Virus record (IMG/VR): IMGVR_UViG_3300043570_001980
Location: 124,001 to 188,000 of that record
DNA: 64,000 nt
Direction: 5' to 3' (one strand)
Shown here: one piece after another, positions 13,439 through 22,704 of the stretch
How the letters are laid out: every line of letters begins with the position of its first letter
How positions within the stretch are numbered: the first letter of the stretch is position 1
Position numbers and translations under genes: made by a program
The notes under the pieces: model-generated
The model's input: only the letters and a program-made list of their open reading frames with translations
Told to the model about the DNA's origin: nothing
The model's database searches: none

Positions 13439-14338
13439 ATGACTACAACAATTACAATCAAAGACAAAGCAGTTAATGCCACTTACCAAAATGTTACAGG
13501 CCTAACAGGCGGTACAGGCACTGGCGCCGCGTTTGATGTTACTAAAACTGATGGAGTATACTCCGTTGTTCTTGACAGCTTGGTAGCCAGTGCAGGCTCA
13601 GGTTATGCGGCAGGTGACACAATCACTCTTGCGGGTACAGCGTTGGGCGGTACAAGTACAAACAACTTGATCGTCACAGTTGCCACAGTTGGTACTGCTG
13701 GCAAAGTTGCTACATTCGGTGTAGTAGGTACCGGCCGTGTTGGTGATGGCACAGTTGACGTTGTTGTTGATGTTACTGGTACCGCTGGCATTGACACCTA
13801 CGCAATGGGCGGTAAAAGCACTGAGTTCACAACAACCAAAACTGCCGCTAAAGTCACTTTGGCCAGCACATTAGTCAGCAACATGGAATTCAATCTTGCT
13901 GACCATGAGCGTGTGGTGTTCACAGACAAAGCCGTTGCTTATGATGCCGCGGGTCGTGCAGGTGATGTATACGCTTTGTTAGCTGCCGCATTGGGCACAG
14001 CAGATGTAACCAACGCATACAAAGGTATTGGTATTCATCTTGCCGACGCAGGATGGACCAACAAGCAGTTGGCAGAAGTCCTGTTGAATACTTCAGTTTA
14101 CAAAGCAGATGCGGGTGGCATTAGCGATGAAACATTCATCAAGCACGTTTACAAAAATGTGTTCGGTACAGATGCTACATTGGCACAGGTCACAGACTAT
14201 ACAGCATGGATGACTAACAGCAAGTTGAGTCAAGCCGATGTACTAGTTGCTGCCAGTGAGTTGGCAGCGTTTGAAACCACTATTGGCCTAGTTGGCTTGG
14301 CCACAACAGGTATTGAATACACTCCGTTTGTAGCTTAA
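13439..14338 (+). CDS. S-layer-like protein with a DUF4214-like C-terminal domain
   Basis: Thr/Gly/Ala-rich N-terminus; ERVVFTDKAVAYD..GRAGDVYALL...SDETFIKHVYKNVFG resembles DUF4214 surface proteins. Confidence 0.65.
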   Translation: MTTTITIKDKAVNATYQNVTGLTGGTGTGAAFDVTKTDGVYSVVLDSLVASAGSGYAAGDTITLAGTALGGTSTNNLIVTVATVGTAGKVATFGVVGTGRVGDGTVDVVVDVTGTAGIDTYAMGGKSTEFTTTKTAAKVTLASTLVSNMEFNLADHERVVFTDKAVAYDAAGRAGDVYALLAAALGTADVTNAYKGIGIHLADAGWTNKQLAEVLLNTSVYKADAGGISDETFIKHVYKNVFGTDATLAQVTDYTAWMTNSKLSQADVLVAASELAAFETTIGLVGLATTGIEYTPFVA

Positions 14339-14342
14339 ATTA

Positions 14343-14370
14343 AAAAGCCCACCGAAGTGGGCTTTTTTTT
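14343..14370 (+). terminator. Intrinsic terminator
   Basis: AAAAGCCCAC-cgaa-GTGGGCTTTTTTTT. Confidence 0.9.
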
Positions 14371-14540
14371 GACCAGGTTATTTCAGTTTATAAATAATTT
14401 TGCAACGCCGGCAGGGCCGACGTCAGATCAAATCGACGCTTGACATAGTGATGTCTTTACTGTTATACTATAACAGAACGCCTACTGTAAGTGGAATTCT
14501 TTCACAAGCATTACAATTCAACTTTTTAAGGAAATATTAC

Positions 14541-15476
14541 ATGATTAAAAAATCATTATCATTTTGTTTTGGTTTATTGCTGTGCGCACTTTCAATGTCC
14601 AGCATGGCTAACCAGCCGCCCAAAGAAATCAAAATTATGGTGCAGTACTCCGCAGGCGGAAGTGCTGACCGTGTTGCTCGTGTGATTGAGTCAGCTATTG
14701 ACAAAAATCGATATCGAGTTCAAATTGAATACAAACTGGGAGCAGGTGGCGGGATTGCCCACGCTCACATGGCCACGCTAAAAACTCCAGGGGAAACTGT
14801 ACTGTTGGTTGCCGGACCTTCTTTGGTTAGTTTGCCTATTTTAAATCCAAGCACCAACGCTTATGATCCAAGCACGGATTTTGTTACTGTAGCGCATCTA
14901 GGAACAGAGCCTTCAGTAATAGTGGTTAATTCTCAAACTGGAATAAAGAATTGGCAGGACTTTGTGACCTATACCAAAACTAGAGAGGTAAACTACGGAA
15001 GCTCAGGGCTCGGTGGTGCTGGGCATACTATATCAGCATTGGTTGCTGGCGACAAAAAAAACTTTGTTCATATACCGTACAAAGGTCCTGCTATAGCAGA
15101 TCTTTTGGGAGGCCAATTAACTTATCTTAACGAATCCGCAATGTTGCTTGATCAGCACATCAGCTCTGGCAAACTAGTGCCTGTGGCTGTGGGTAGTCCT
15201 GCTAGAGTAGACGCTTTTAAAAATGTTCCTACCCTTCAAGAACTCAAAATCAACGATCATCAATACTACAGATGGTCATTGTTAATAGCCAATCGAGGAG
15301 CCGATCCTGAAGTTTTACAACATGTCAGGACCGTAGCCAGTTCTGCAGAAGTTCAACGTGAGTTAAAATCTCTATACATGGCACCTGCAAAAGACTTTTC
15401 CCCAGCTGAGTTCTTAAAAGAAGAGAAGAGAAAATTCTTAATTATTTCTAAACAGCTTAATTTACCAATTCAATGA
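14541..15476 (+). CDS. Bug/TctC tripartite tricarboxylate transporter substrate-binding protein
   Basis: AAGGA SD, signal peptide; YSAGGSADRVAR, GAGGGIA, YGSSGLG, HIPYKG, VPTLQE motifs. Confidence 0.9.
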   Translation: MIKKSLSFCFGLLLCALSMSSMANQPPKEIKIMVQYSAGGSADRVARVIESAIDKNRYRVQIEYKLGAGGGIAHAHMATLKTPGETVLLVAGPSLVSLPILNPSTNAYDPSTDFVTVAHLGTEPSVIVVNSQTGIKNWQDFVTYTKTREVNYGSSGLGGAGHTISALVAGDKKNFVHIPYKGPAIADLLGGQLTYLNESAMLLDQHISSGKLVPVAVGSPARVDAFKNVPTLQELKINDHQYYRWSLLIANRGADPEVLQHVRTVASSAEVQRELKSLYMAPAKDFSPAEFLKEEKRKFLIISKQLNLPIQ

Positions 15477-16642
15477 TTAATGGTATCAATCCCAAACTTG
15501 GGTTTTATACAGTTGGTGACCAGCAATACAGAAGCAAAATAGATGCATGTATTGCTGGGACCAAAATAAACAACTACCCACAGTGGCAGTTTTGTGATAA
15601 CGTCTGGAATACCGCTAATTGGACACACGAACCAGAGATTAGTATACTAGATCTGTATAAGATTCGAGCTCGACAGATACGAGAAAAATACGACTATGTT
15701 ATAGTAAATTATAGCGGTGGGAGTGACAGCCAAACTCTAGTTGATGCTTTTTTTGATGCTGGATGTCATATTGATGAAATTGTAACCATCTGGAATAGGT
15801 CACACACTCCTACTGTTATTGCCAATCGTGGTGTGACTGATGCAAGAAACATCGAAGCAGAATTTGAGTTAACAACTCGTATGGGACTAGACCAAATACG
15901 ATCTCGCAGTCCCAATACAAAAATAACCTATTACGATGTGTCGCAGGCAACTGTCAGTAGTTTTCAAAACTACGACGGGGAAGAGTGGTTAAAAACAACT
16001 AGAGAACATCTTAATCCTCACTTTGTAACTCGTTATTCAAACACTCGAGAAAAAGGACAATTAGTAAACTTGGACCGAGGATTAAAAACTGCAATTGTTG
16101 TGGGTATCGATAAACCTCGGGTGTGTATCAAGGACAACAAATATGCTGTTTATTTCCTAGATACTCTAGTTAACAATTGCCAAGGTGGACTGAATAATCA
16201 AGACTATGATAATGCAGAGTTGGTATTATTTTATTGGAGTCCAGACCTGCCTGAAATTATAATTAAACAGTCGCACATGATCATGACATGGTTTGAACAA
16301 AATCCAATGTTAAAATCTATACTGACCTGGCCCACTCCTGGTTTTGCAAGTCGACAAGCCTATGAAGTCATTTCTCGCGGTATAATCTATCCAAATTGGA
16401 AATTAGACACATTTCAAGTTCAAAAATCATCCAGCCCAATTTGGTGCGAGTGGGACGACTGGTTTTTTCAAGGGTTCAAAGATACCAAAGAGTATCAATG
16501 TTGGTTCAAGGGCATAGAACATATTGAAAAAAATATTGATAAAAAATATTTAAAATATACTTTTGACAACAAGTTTGATGGATTTGTGGGCATGCTAAAC
16601 GGTCATTTTTATCTACAAAAACATGGTCATTTAATGGCATAG
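15473..16642 (+). CDS. PP-loop (adenine nucleotide alpha-hydrolase-like) protein
   Basis: NYSGGSDS motif; ATGA coupling with the Bug gene. Confidence 0.6.
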   Translation: MINGINPKLGFYTVGDQQYRSKIDACIAGTKINNYPQWQFCDNVWNTANWTHEPEISILDLYKIRARQIREKYDYVIVNYSGGSDSQTLVDAFFDAGCHIDEIVTIWNRSHTPTVIANRGVTDARNIEAEFELTTRMGLDQIRSRSPNTKITYYDVSQATVSSFQNYDGEEWLKTTREHLNPHFVTRYSNTREKGQLVNLDRGLKTAIVVGIDKPRVCIKDNKYAVYFLDTLVNNCQGGLNNQDYDNAELVLFYWSPDLPEIIIKQSHMIMTWFEQNPMLKSILTWPTPGFASRQAYEVISRGIIYPNWKLDTFQVQKSSSPIWCEWDDWFFQGFKDTKEYQCWFKGIEHIEKNIDKKYLKYTFDNKFDGFVGMLNGHFYLQKHGHLMA

Positions 16643-16674
16643 ATTTGACAGACTGTTGCATTAAACCCACACAC

Positions 16675-16701
16675 AAAACCCTACAAAATGTAGGGTTTTT
16701 T
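16675..16701 (+). terminator. Intrinsic terminator
   Basis: AAAACCCTACA-aaa-TGTAGGGTTTTTT. Confidence 0.8.
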
Positions 16702-16728
16702 GTTGCAAAAATACCACAATTCCTGTGG

Positions 16729-16757
16729 TTGACCAGAATTTGCCCATTTGCTATAAT
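16729..16757 (+). promoter_or_regulatory. Early sigma70 promoter
   Basis: TTGACC-17 nt-TATAAT; degenerate operator TGTTGCAAAAATACCACA at 16701-16718. Confidence 0.88.
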
Positions 16758-16788
16758 ATACACATGTTAACACAAAAGGGAGCGAGAA

Positions 16789-17172
16789 ATGACTACAGTA
16801 AACTATGACAACTTTGCTAGTTTTGACATTAACGAGTGCTGTGACCACTTTGACAGTGAGAAGCAGAGCAACTGGAAGAAGATAAACAAGTTCATCGTGG
16901 CAGATGGACAAGAGTTTGCCCACATTATGGAAACAGAGTTTGACTTTGATGAAACAGGCGCAAACGAGTACGAGGCCTTCCAAGCAGGCGTTAAGTATGC
17001 CCTTACCAAAATGAACATTGCATTTGAAGCGGCCGCGGTGGACCTGCAGGTATGCGAGGTGGACTTGGTAGAGAGCATGGGCTTTGTGCTAGTCCGTGCA
17101 GATGACGAGCCCGAGGACTTTGTCAAACGAGTGATGAAGAAGCCCGTTATGATGGTTGACAGCTGGGTTTAA
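16789..17172 (+). CDS. Acidic hypothetical protein (early gene)
   Basis: GGGAG SD, own promoter. Confidence 0.75.
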   Translation: MTTVNYDNFASFDINECCDHFDSEKQSNWKKINKFIVADGQEFAHIMETEFDFDETGANEYEAFQAGVKYALTKMNIAFEAAAVDLQVCEVDLVESMGFVLVRADDEPEDFVKRVMKKPVMMVDSWV

Positions 17173-17178
17173 TTTTGG

Positions 17179-17207
17179 TTGACCGATATTTCCCAATTTG
17201 CTATAAT
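17179..17207 (+). promoter_or_regulatory. Early sigma70 promoter
   Basis: TTGACC-17 nt-TATAAT. Confidence 0.88.
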
Positions 17208-17236
17208 ATAGCATAGTTTAACAAAGAGGAGCCAGT

Positions 17237-17416
17237 ATGCAGACAATCACAGCAATTAAAGTTATACAAAAAGATGCAGAGTTTCTGGGTATGGGATTTT
17301 TGGAAATGATGCAATTTATCCAAAAAAGCCCACTTGCCCAAACACAAAAAACAATGGAAGCATATCGTGTAGTCATGGAAAACGGTAGCAAGATGTTTGC
17401 ACCAGTTGACCAGTAA
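17237..17416 (+). CDS. Hypothetical protein (59 aa, not in the ORF track)
   Basis: GAGGAG SD; MQTITAIKVIQKDAEFLGMGFLEMMQFIQKSPLAQTQKTMEAYRVVMENGSKMFAPVDQ. Confidence 0.75.
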   Translation: MQTITAIKVIQKDAEFLGMGFLEMMQFIQKSPLAQTQKTMEAYRVVMENGSKMFAPVDQ

Positions 17417-17434
17417 TTCTAATTCTATTATAAT
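17406..17434 (+). promoter_or_regulatory. Early sigma70 promoter
   Basis: TTGACC-17 nt-TATAAT, overlapping the end of the upstream gene. Confidence 0.88.
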
Positions 17435-17458
17435 ATACATATATTAAAGGAGTAGACT

Positions 17459-17689
17459 ATGACAGTTACACTTGAAATGCTACCACAGTTTGATCGCAAG
17501 CGCCACGGATCCTTGTACGATCGTGGTAGTGCCGATTCTTACTATCATCGCGACCGTAATCCTCACTGGTTCCCTGAAGGAACATACAATGGTGACAAGG
17601 TTACTGCTATGTCAGATGAAGAAATTGCAGAATACAATGCCGGTTACGACTGGAACGAACAATACGGTGACAAAAAGGACTGGGGTTAA
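17459..17689 (+). CDS. Hypothetical phage protein
   Basis: AAGGAG SD; HGSLYDRGSADSYYHR. Confidence 0.8.
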   Translation: MTVTLEMLPQFDRKRHGSLYDRGSADSYYHRDRNPHWFPEGTYNGDKVTAMSDEEIAEYNAGYDWNEQYGDKKDWG

Positions 17690-17692
17690 ACT

Positions 17693-17860
17693 ATGAGTAG
17701 AATGGCAGAATTATCAATCGAGATCAATGACTTGCTCGAAGAAGGCTACCTGCCTGTGACAGTGGCAAGAATTTTAGAAGTGCCGATTACATGGGTTTAT
17801 GAAGCTTCTGACTCTGACAGCGCCGAGGAACTTAGCCCTTATCAAACTGTTAACTCTTAA
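17693..17860 (+). CDS. Hypothetical protein (55 aa, possible HTH; not in the ORF track)
   Basis: MSRMAELSIEINDLLEEGYLPVTVARILEVPITWVYEASDSDSAEELSPYQTVNS. Confidence 0.7.
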   Translation: MSRMAELSIEINDLLEEGYLPVTVARILEVPITWVYEASDSDSAEELSPYQTVNS

Positions 17861-17869
17861 GGAATTGGT

Positions 17870-18301
17870 ATGACAATGCCCGCAGGAAAATATTACGTTG
17901 GTGATCTGTGCTATGTCATGCACGATGCCTGGGACGAATGTGTTGGTTTGTTCTTTCCGCCTGGATCACCAGGGCGGGGTGTAGAAGGTGAGTTTACACT
18001 AAAAGATGGTCGACGCTTTGCCAGTTTTGGTACTGCATACGGTGACGGTACTTACGGTTCCAATATGCGAACTAGTCACTCAGTGGATTCGGGCAGTATT
18101 GGTTGCATTCGTATCGAAGACATCCAAGATGAGGAATACTCACAAGAATTTTTGCAGGAACTTGGTGCATTCGTTGAATTTGAATACCCGTTTGAAGTTT
18201 CTGCAGATGCCGGGTTGCTCAAGTTTGGTCATATAGAAATTGAAACCTCTAGTGACTCAGACTGGGACAATGAAGAAGAAGAACTTGCAGAAAACAGTTG
18301 A
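17870..18301 (+). CDS. Hypothetical acidic phage protein
   Basis: AAGGA SD; GKYYVGDLCYVM...TAYGDG...VDSGSIG. Confidence 0.8.
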   Translation: MTMPAGKYYVGDLCYVMHDAWDECVGLFFPPGSPGRGVEGEFTLKDGRRFASFGTAYGDGTYGSNMRTSHSVDSGSIGCIRIEDIQDEEYSQEFLQELGAFVEFEYPFEVSADAGLLKFGHIEIETSSDSDWDNEEEELAENS

Positions 18302-18326
18302 CCAGTAAAACAGATTTTTGTATAAT
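18298..18326 (+). promoter_or_regulatory. Early sigma70 promoter
   Basis: TTGACC-17 nt-TATAAT. Confidence 0.88.
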
Positions 18327-18362
18327 ATTAGTATTGTAACAACTTAAGAAAGAAATAGCCCT

Positions 18363-19463
18363 ATGCCAAAAGTATCAGCATCAGATCACCGTACAGTTAC
18401 CTCAGAAGGTGCTCGTCGTGCAATTAAAAAATGTTTTGCTAAAAAACGTCCCTTGTTCTTGTGGGGTCCTCCCGGCATTGGCAAGTCCGACGTTGTTGCA
18501 GAGATTACCAAGGATCTCGGCGGCTTTATGATCGACCTTCGCTTGGGTCAAATGGATCCTACAGATATTCGAGGTATTCCGTTCTATAACAAAGAACTTG
18601 GTAAGATGGATTGGGCACCGCCCATTGACTTGCCCGATGAAGAGTTGGCCAGTAAGTATCCAGTTGTGGTTTTGTTCATGGATGAAATGAACTCGGCGGC
18701 TCCTGCTGTACAGGCCGCGGCTTACCAACTTGTTTTGAATCGTCGTATCGGCAAATATAAATTGCCCGACAATGTTGTAATGATTGCCGCAGGTAATCGT
18801 GAAAGCGACAAAGGTGTTACATATCGTATGCCTACTCCATTGGCAAACCGTTTTGTTCACGTGGAGATGCGTGTGGACTTTTCAAGCTGGCAAGACTGGG
18901 CTGTTCGCAATCAAATCCACAAAGACGTTGTTGGCTACATTACATTTGCCAAACAAGACTTGTACGACTTTGATGCCAAGAGCTCCAGCCGTGCCTTTGC
19001 TACACCACGTTCGTGGACCTTTGTTAGCGAACTGTTGGCAGACGAGGACACAGACGACACCACACTTACAGACTTAATTGCAGGTAGTGTTGGTGAAGGA
19101 CTTGCTGTTAAGTTTATGGCTCATCGCAAGATTGCTAGTAAACTGCCCAAGCCGGAAGATATCTTGCGTGGCAAAGAGACAGAACTAAAAGTCAAAGAAG
19201 TAAGTGCCATGTATTCGTTGGTAGTGTCAATGTGCTACGAACTTAAAGATGCTGTTGAGGCCAAGGTCGATGACAAGAAGTTCCATGAAATGGCAGACAA
19301 CTTTATTGGCTACATGATGAAAAACTTTGAAACAGAGTTGGTTGTTATGGGTGCTAGAATTGCGCTTACCACATACAACTTGCCGTTCATGCCTACCAAG
19401 CTCAAGAACTTTGACGAGTTTCATCAACGTTACGGCAAGTACATCTTGCAGGCTAACGGCTAA
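18363..19463 (+). CDS. MoxR-like AAA+ ATPase
   Basis: Walker A GPPGIGKS, Walker B LFMDE, AAGNR, LANRF, TPRSW. Confidence 0.9.
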   Translation: MPKVSASDHRTVTSEGARRAIKKCFAKKRPLFLWGPPGIGKSDVVAEITKDLGGFMIDLRLGQMDPTDIRGIPFYNKELGKMDWAPPIDLPDEELASKYPVVVLFMDEMNSAAPAVQAAAYQLVLNRRIGKYKLPDNVVMIAAGNRESDKGVTYRMPTPLANRFVHVEMRVDFSSWQDWAVRNQIHKDVVGYITFAKQDLYDFDAKSSSRAFATPRSWTFVSELLADEDTDDTTLTDLIAGSVGEGLAVKFMAHRKIASKLPKPEDILRGKETELKVKEVSAMYSLVVSMCYELKDAVEAKVDDKKFHEMADNFIGYMMKNFETELVVMGARIALTTYNLPFMPTKLKNFDEFHQRYGKYILQANG

Positions 19464-19506
19464 GTGTTTGGAGTCTGTTCAACTTCCTAAACGAAGGCAT
19501 AGGGCT

Positions 19507-19743
19507 ATGCATGAACAGACTCCCTCTTATGCTACTGTACGGATTAGTTTTGATCCGTACAGTCACCACCAGGTCCAGACTTTTCTCAAAAAAGTCTACC
19601 AAGATTTTGGCAGAGATAAAAGTCGTTGGTACTACCAAAGCCCAATCCTAAATATGGATACTCAAGTTGATACATGGACTGTGGATTTTATTTTTAGAGA
19701 TCCACACGATGCTACTTTATTTGGCCTTAAATATCTAAGATGA
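19507..19743 (+). CDS. Hypothetical protein
   Basis: Start reassigned to MHEQ; C-terminal FRDPHDATLFGLKY. Confidence 0.6.
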   Translation: MHEQTPSYATVRISFDPYSHHQVQTFLKKVYQDFGRDKSRWYYQSPILNMDTQVDTWTVDFIFRDPHDATLFGLKYLR

Positions 19744-20111
19744 AATACAATATATACAAATTAGACGGCCGCTATAGATACCGTAGTTGGTTTGAATACT
19801 ACGTTGGATTTAGTCAGCGCATGAGCAACGGAGAAGGGCCGTTGGCCTACAATCAAGCATTGCAATTTCTAACAGAAGCATATGGCTGGAGTGCCGAAGT
19901 TAGGCAATATGAAGAGATTCACAGTTGGTTAGTAACCAAAGTACCAATGATGGCAGTCAAAGGTGGTTGGGTTAAACCAAACTCCAAAGACCTACCTGTA
20001 GAATGTAATCCGCACTGGTCCTGGACCAATTGCTACAATGATTTGAGAATTTACCTGGCCACAGACAAAGAACTGGCCTATTTTCAACTGGCACATACAG
20101 TTGACCAATAA
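19740..20111 (+). CDS. Hypothetical protein
   Basis: ATGA coupling with the upstream ORF. Confidence 0.7.
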   Translation: MKYNIYKLDGRYRYRSWFEYYVGFSQRMSNGEGPLAYNQALQFLTEAYGWSAEVRQYEEIHSWLVTKVPMMAVKGGWVKPNSKDLPVECNPHWSWTNCYNDLRIYLATDKELAYFQLAHTVDQ

Positions 20112-20129
20112 ATCAATAATTGCTATAAT
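20101..20129 (+). promoter_or_regulatory. Early sigma70 promoter
   Basis: TTGACC-17 nt-TATAAT. Confidence 0.88.
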
Positions 20130-20155
20130 ACAGTATAGTTAAACAAGGAGCCTAA

Positions 20156-21448
20156 ATGAGTACTGCAACTACCGAAAACAAAAAAGAACTTTCTAAGAAG
20201 TTTAAAAATCTAATTGGACCGACAGATCCTAAATTGGATAGAGAAGTTCGTGAATTACTTGTTACTGCAAGAGTTGGCATGTTGCTCCGGACCAGTTTCT
20301 TTGGCAACCTGGCAACTCGTTTAAAACTTATCAATGCCGATGAGTGGTGTAGTACTGCCGCCACAGATGGCCGCAACTTCTACTATAATAGTCGCTTTAT
20401 TAAACTTTTGAAACCTAAAGAAATTGAGTTCTTGTTTGGACACGAAGTACTACATTGTGTCTACGATCACTTTGGACGTAAAGGCAACAGAGATCATCAA
20501 CTTTGGAATATTGCAAACGATTATTGTGTTAATGCAGACTTAAAGAAACACAAAGTAGGTGAATTCATCACCAGCGTACCATGTTTGTATGATCAAAAAT
20601 ATGAAGGTAAAAGTTCGGAAGAGATCTATGATATCTTGTACGAAAACGCAGAAAAACTCAATATAGATCAGCTCATTGACAAAATGCTCGATGAACACAT
20701 GGATGGCGATGATGAAAGTGACGGCAGTGGCGATGACGATGGTGATGGCGACAAAGAAGGCAAAGGACGACCAAAGCTTTCGCAAGAAGAAAAAGATCGC
20801 ATTCGTGACGAGATCAAGTCTGCTGTTTTAAGCGCCGCACAAACCTGCGATGCTGGCAATTTACCCGCAGGTGTCAAACGCATGCTTCAAGAATTGACAG
20901 AGCCTGTGATGGACTGGCGTGAGATGCTTCGTATGCAATTAGAAAGCACTATCAAAAGTGACTACTCCTGGATGCGTACCAGCCGCAAAGGTTGGGACAT
21001 GGATGCTGTAATGCCTGGCATGAAGACCAATGACGCCATTGACATTGCTGTGGCCATTGACACGTCGGGTTCAATTAGTACAGAACAATGCAAAGACTTC
21101 CTAAGTGAGATTCAAGGCATTATGGAATCGTTTGACTCGTATCGTATTCATGTGTTTACATTTGACACAGACACATACAACCCACAACAGTATGACAGCG
21201 ACAACTTGGAAGATATCACAGAATACAACATCCAAGGTGGTGGTGGTACAGAATTTGGCGCTATTTTTAAGTACCTCAAGGGTGCCGAAATTGAGCCTAA
21301 AAAACTTGTGGTATTCACAGACGGCTATCCGTTTGGTAGCTGGGGCGATCCCAATTACTGTGACACGCTATGGATCATACACGGTGACCGCAATCCTGAA
21401 CCACCATTTGGTGTTTGGGCATTGTACGGTGAAGGCGACCAAGACTAA
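20156..21448 (+). CDS. Metallopeptidase-like plus VWA domain protein (DUF2201-like MoxR partner)
   Basis: TAATDG, HEVLH, MIDAS DTSGS, GGGGT, FTDG. Confidence 0.88.
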   Translation: MSTATTENKKELSKKFKNLIGPTDPKLDREVRELLVTARVGMLLRTSFFGNLATRLKLINADEWCSTAATDGRNFYYNSRFIKLLKPKEIEFLFGHEVLHCVYDHFGRKGNRDHQLWNIANDYCVNADLKKHKVGEFITSVPCLYDQKYEGKSSEEIYDILYENAEKLNIDQLIDKMLDEHMDGDDESDGSGDDDGDGDKEGKGRPKLSQEEKDRIRDEIKSAVLSAAQTCDAGNLPAGVKRMLQELTEPVMDWREMLRMQLESTIKSDYSWMRTSRKGWDMDAVMPGMKTNDAIDIAVAIDTSGSISTEQCKDFLSEIQGIMESFDSYRIHVFTFDTDTYNPQQYDSDNLEDITEYNIQGGGGTEFGAIFKYLKGAEIEPKKLVVFTDGYPFGSWGDPNYCDTLWIIHGDRNPEPPFGVWALYGEGDQD

Positions 21449-21467
21449 TTTGTCCAAAACCCGTAAT

Positions 21468-21500
21468 AAACCCGGAGGATTTTATTCTTCCGGGTTTTTT
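21468..21500 (+). terminator. Intrinsic terminator
   Basis: AAACCCGGAG/CTTCCGGGTTTTTT. Confidence 0.75.
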
Positions 21501-21517
21501 ATTCAGTAAATATCAGT

Positions 21518-21721
21518 ATGGATGATACCGACAATCAAATTAAAATCACAGATCTTATTGTGATAAAGAACATCATAGATTTGGCTTGTAGCCGAGGCGC
21601 TTTTAGAGCCGACGAGATGAAATCAATTGGTGACGTATATGACAAACTTACTATTTTTGTAAACTCAGTTATATCACGTGCAGAGGCATCAATTGCCGAA
21701 GAAAACAACAAAGGAGAATGA
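21518..21721 (+). CDS. Hypothetical protein
   Basis: TAAATA-tcagt-ATG context; coupled to the next gene. Confidence 0.7.
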   Translation: MDDTDNQIKITDLIVIKNIIDLACSRGAFRADEMKSIGDVYDKLTIFVNSVISRAEASIAEENNKGE

Positions 21722-22410
21722 ATATGATCAAACATATTGGTAAACACGGTGACCGTAAGGTTGCTATTGTATTTCGAGAAGTGCCAGGAGAAGAGCACAT
21801 GGCGTTGGTTGTCTACCCAGACACCCTGGCAGTACATTTACATGATTCTATCATGCGTACATTAGAATCACCAGAGGGTCAGTCAGCAGAAAATCTTGGG
21901 GATGCATTATTCCGTACATTGTTTTCTGATGGTCGTCCCATGCTACAAACTTTACATGCAGAAGGCATGATTAAAAAGGTGCAGGCAAAACAGGTCACTG
22001 TTACTGCTAGTGCATCTAGCCATGTCAATCTTGAAGAAATGAATGGCATCATTCGTAAGATGAGGTTGGGAGAAAGTGCTATTCGTGAAATGGCCGACCT
22101 TGACAAAAATCGTGGAATGACTGGAAAAGTAAATCGCCGAGACGACTTTGGTCGTGAAGTTGGCTCAGGATCAAACCTACAACGAGGATCAAATGTTGCA
22201 GGATCTGATGCCGCACTAGCACTAGACGATGTACAACTTGCCCGTGATCGATTGGCTCAAGCAGATCGCATGGAAAGGGAAGCACAAGGCTTATTGGCTG
22301 AGAGTGCCAGATTAAAGTCTGAAGCCGCACAAATGTCAGGAGTACCACAAACTAAAACTACCACCAAACGCACTAGAACAAAAAAGGCGGTAGCGGATGC
22401 AACGAGGTGA
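21718..22410 (+). CDS. Hypothetical phage protein with a C-terminal coiled coil
   Basis: AAGGAG SD, 230-aa ORF. Confidence 0.75.
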   Translation: MNMIKHIGKHGDRKVAIVFREVPGEEHMALVVYPDTLAVHLHDSIMRTLESPEGQSAENLGDALFRTLFSDGRPMLQTLHAEGMIKKVQAKQVTVTASASSHVNLEEMNGIIRKMRLGESAIREMADLDKNRGMTGKVNRRDDFGREVGSGSNLQRGSNVAGSDAALALDDVQLARDRLAQADRMEREAQGLLAESARLKSEAAQMSGVPQTKTTTKRTRTKKAVADATR

Positions 22411-22699
22411 GGACTTTTTAAAAAAGTGGGAGGCGATTATCAATGATGTTGATTTAAATCATATTCCTCTTGAGTGTGTTAAGAAAATGGTTTTTAAACT
22501 TGTTGATAAAAAGCAAAAAACCATCAACTTTCAAACGTTAAAAAAGCAAGGCCTTAACATTGATGATATTCATGTAGTTGTTGAACGTTTTATTCAAGAA
22601 AACCAAGATGACATTGTTAACATGGATTTTATTCTTGACATTGAGGCTGTGGCTGATATTCTTCAACCCGAAACAGATAAACTATTAGGCAACTTATAA
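22397..22699 (+). CDS. Hypothetical protein
   Basis: Overlap-coupled ORF. Confidence 0.7.
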   Translation: MQRGEDFLKKWEAIINDVDLNHIPLECVKKMVFKLVDKKQKTINFQTLKKQGLNIDDIHVVVERFIQENQDDIVNMDFILDIEAVADILQPETDKLLGNL

Positions 22700-22704
22700 A
22701 TATC

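Noticed and set aside
18363-21448. MoxR AAA+ and VWA/metallopeptidase pair as a novel system
   Set aside because: Common chaperone-type module in phages and bacteria; annotated as features only
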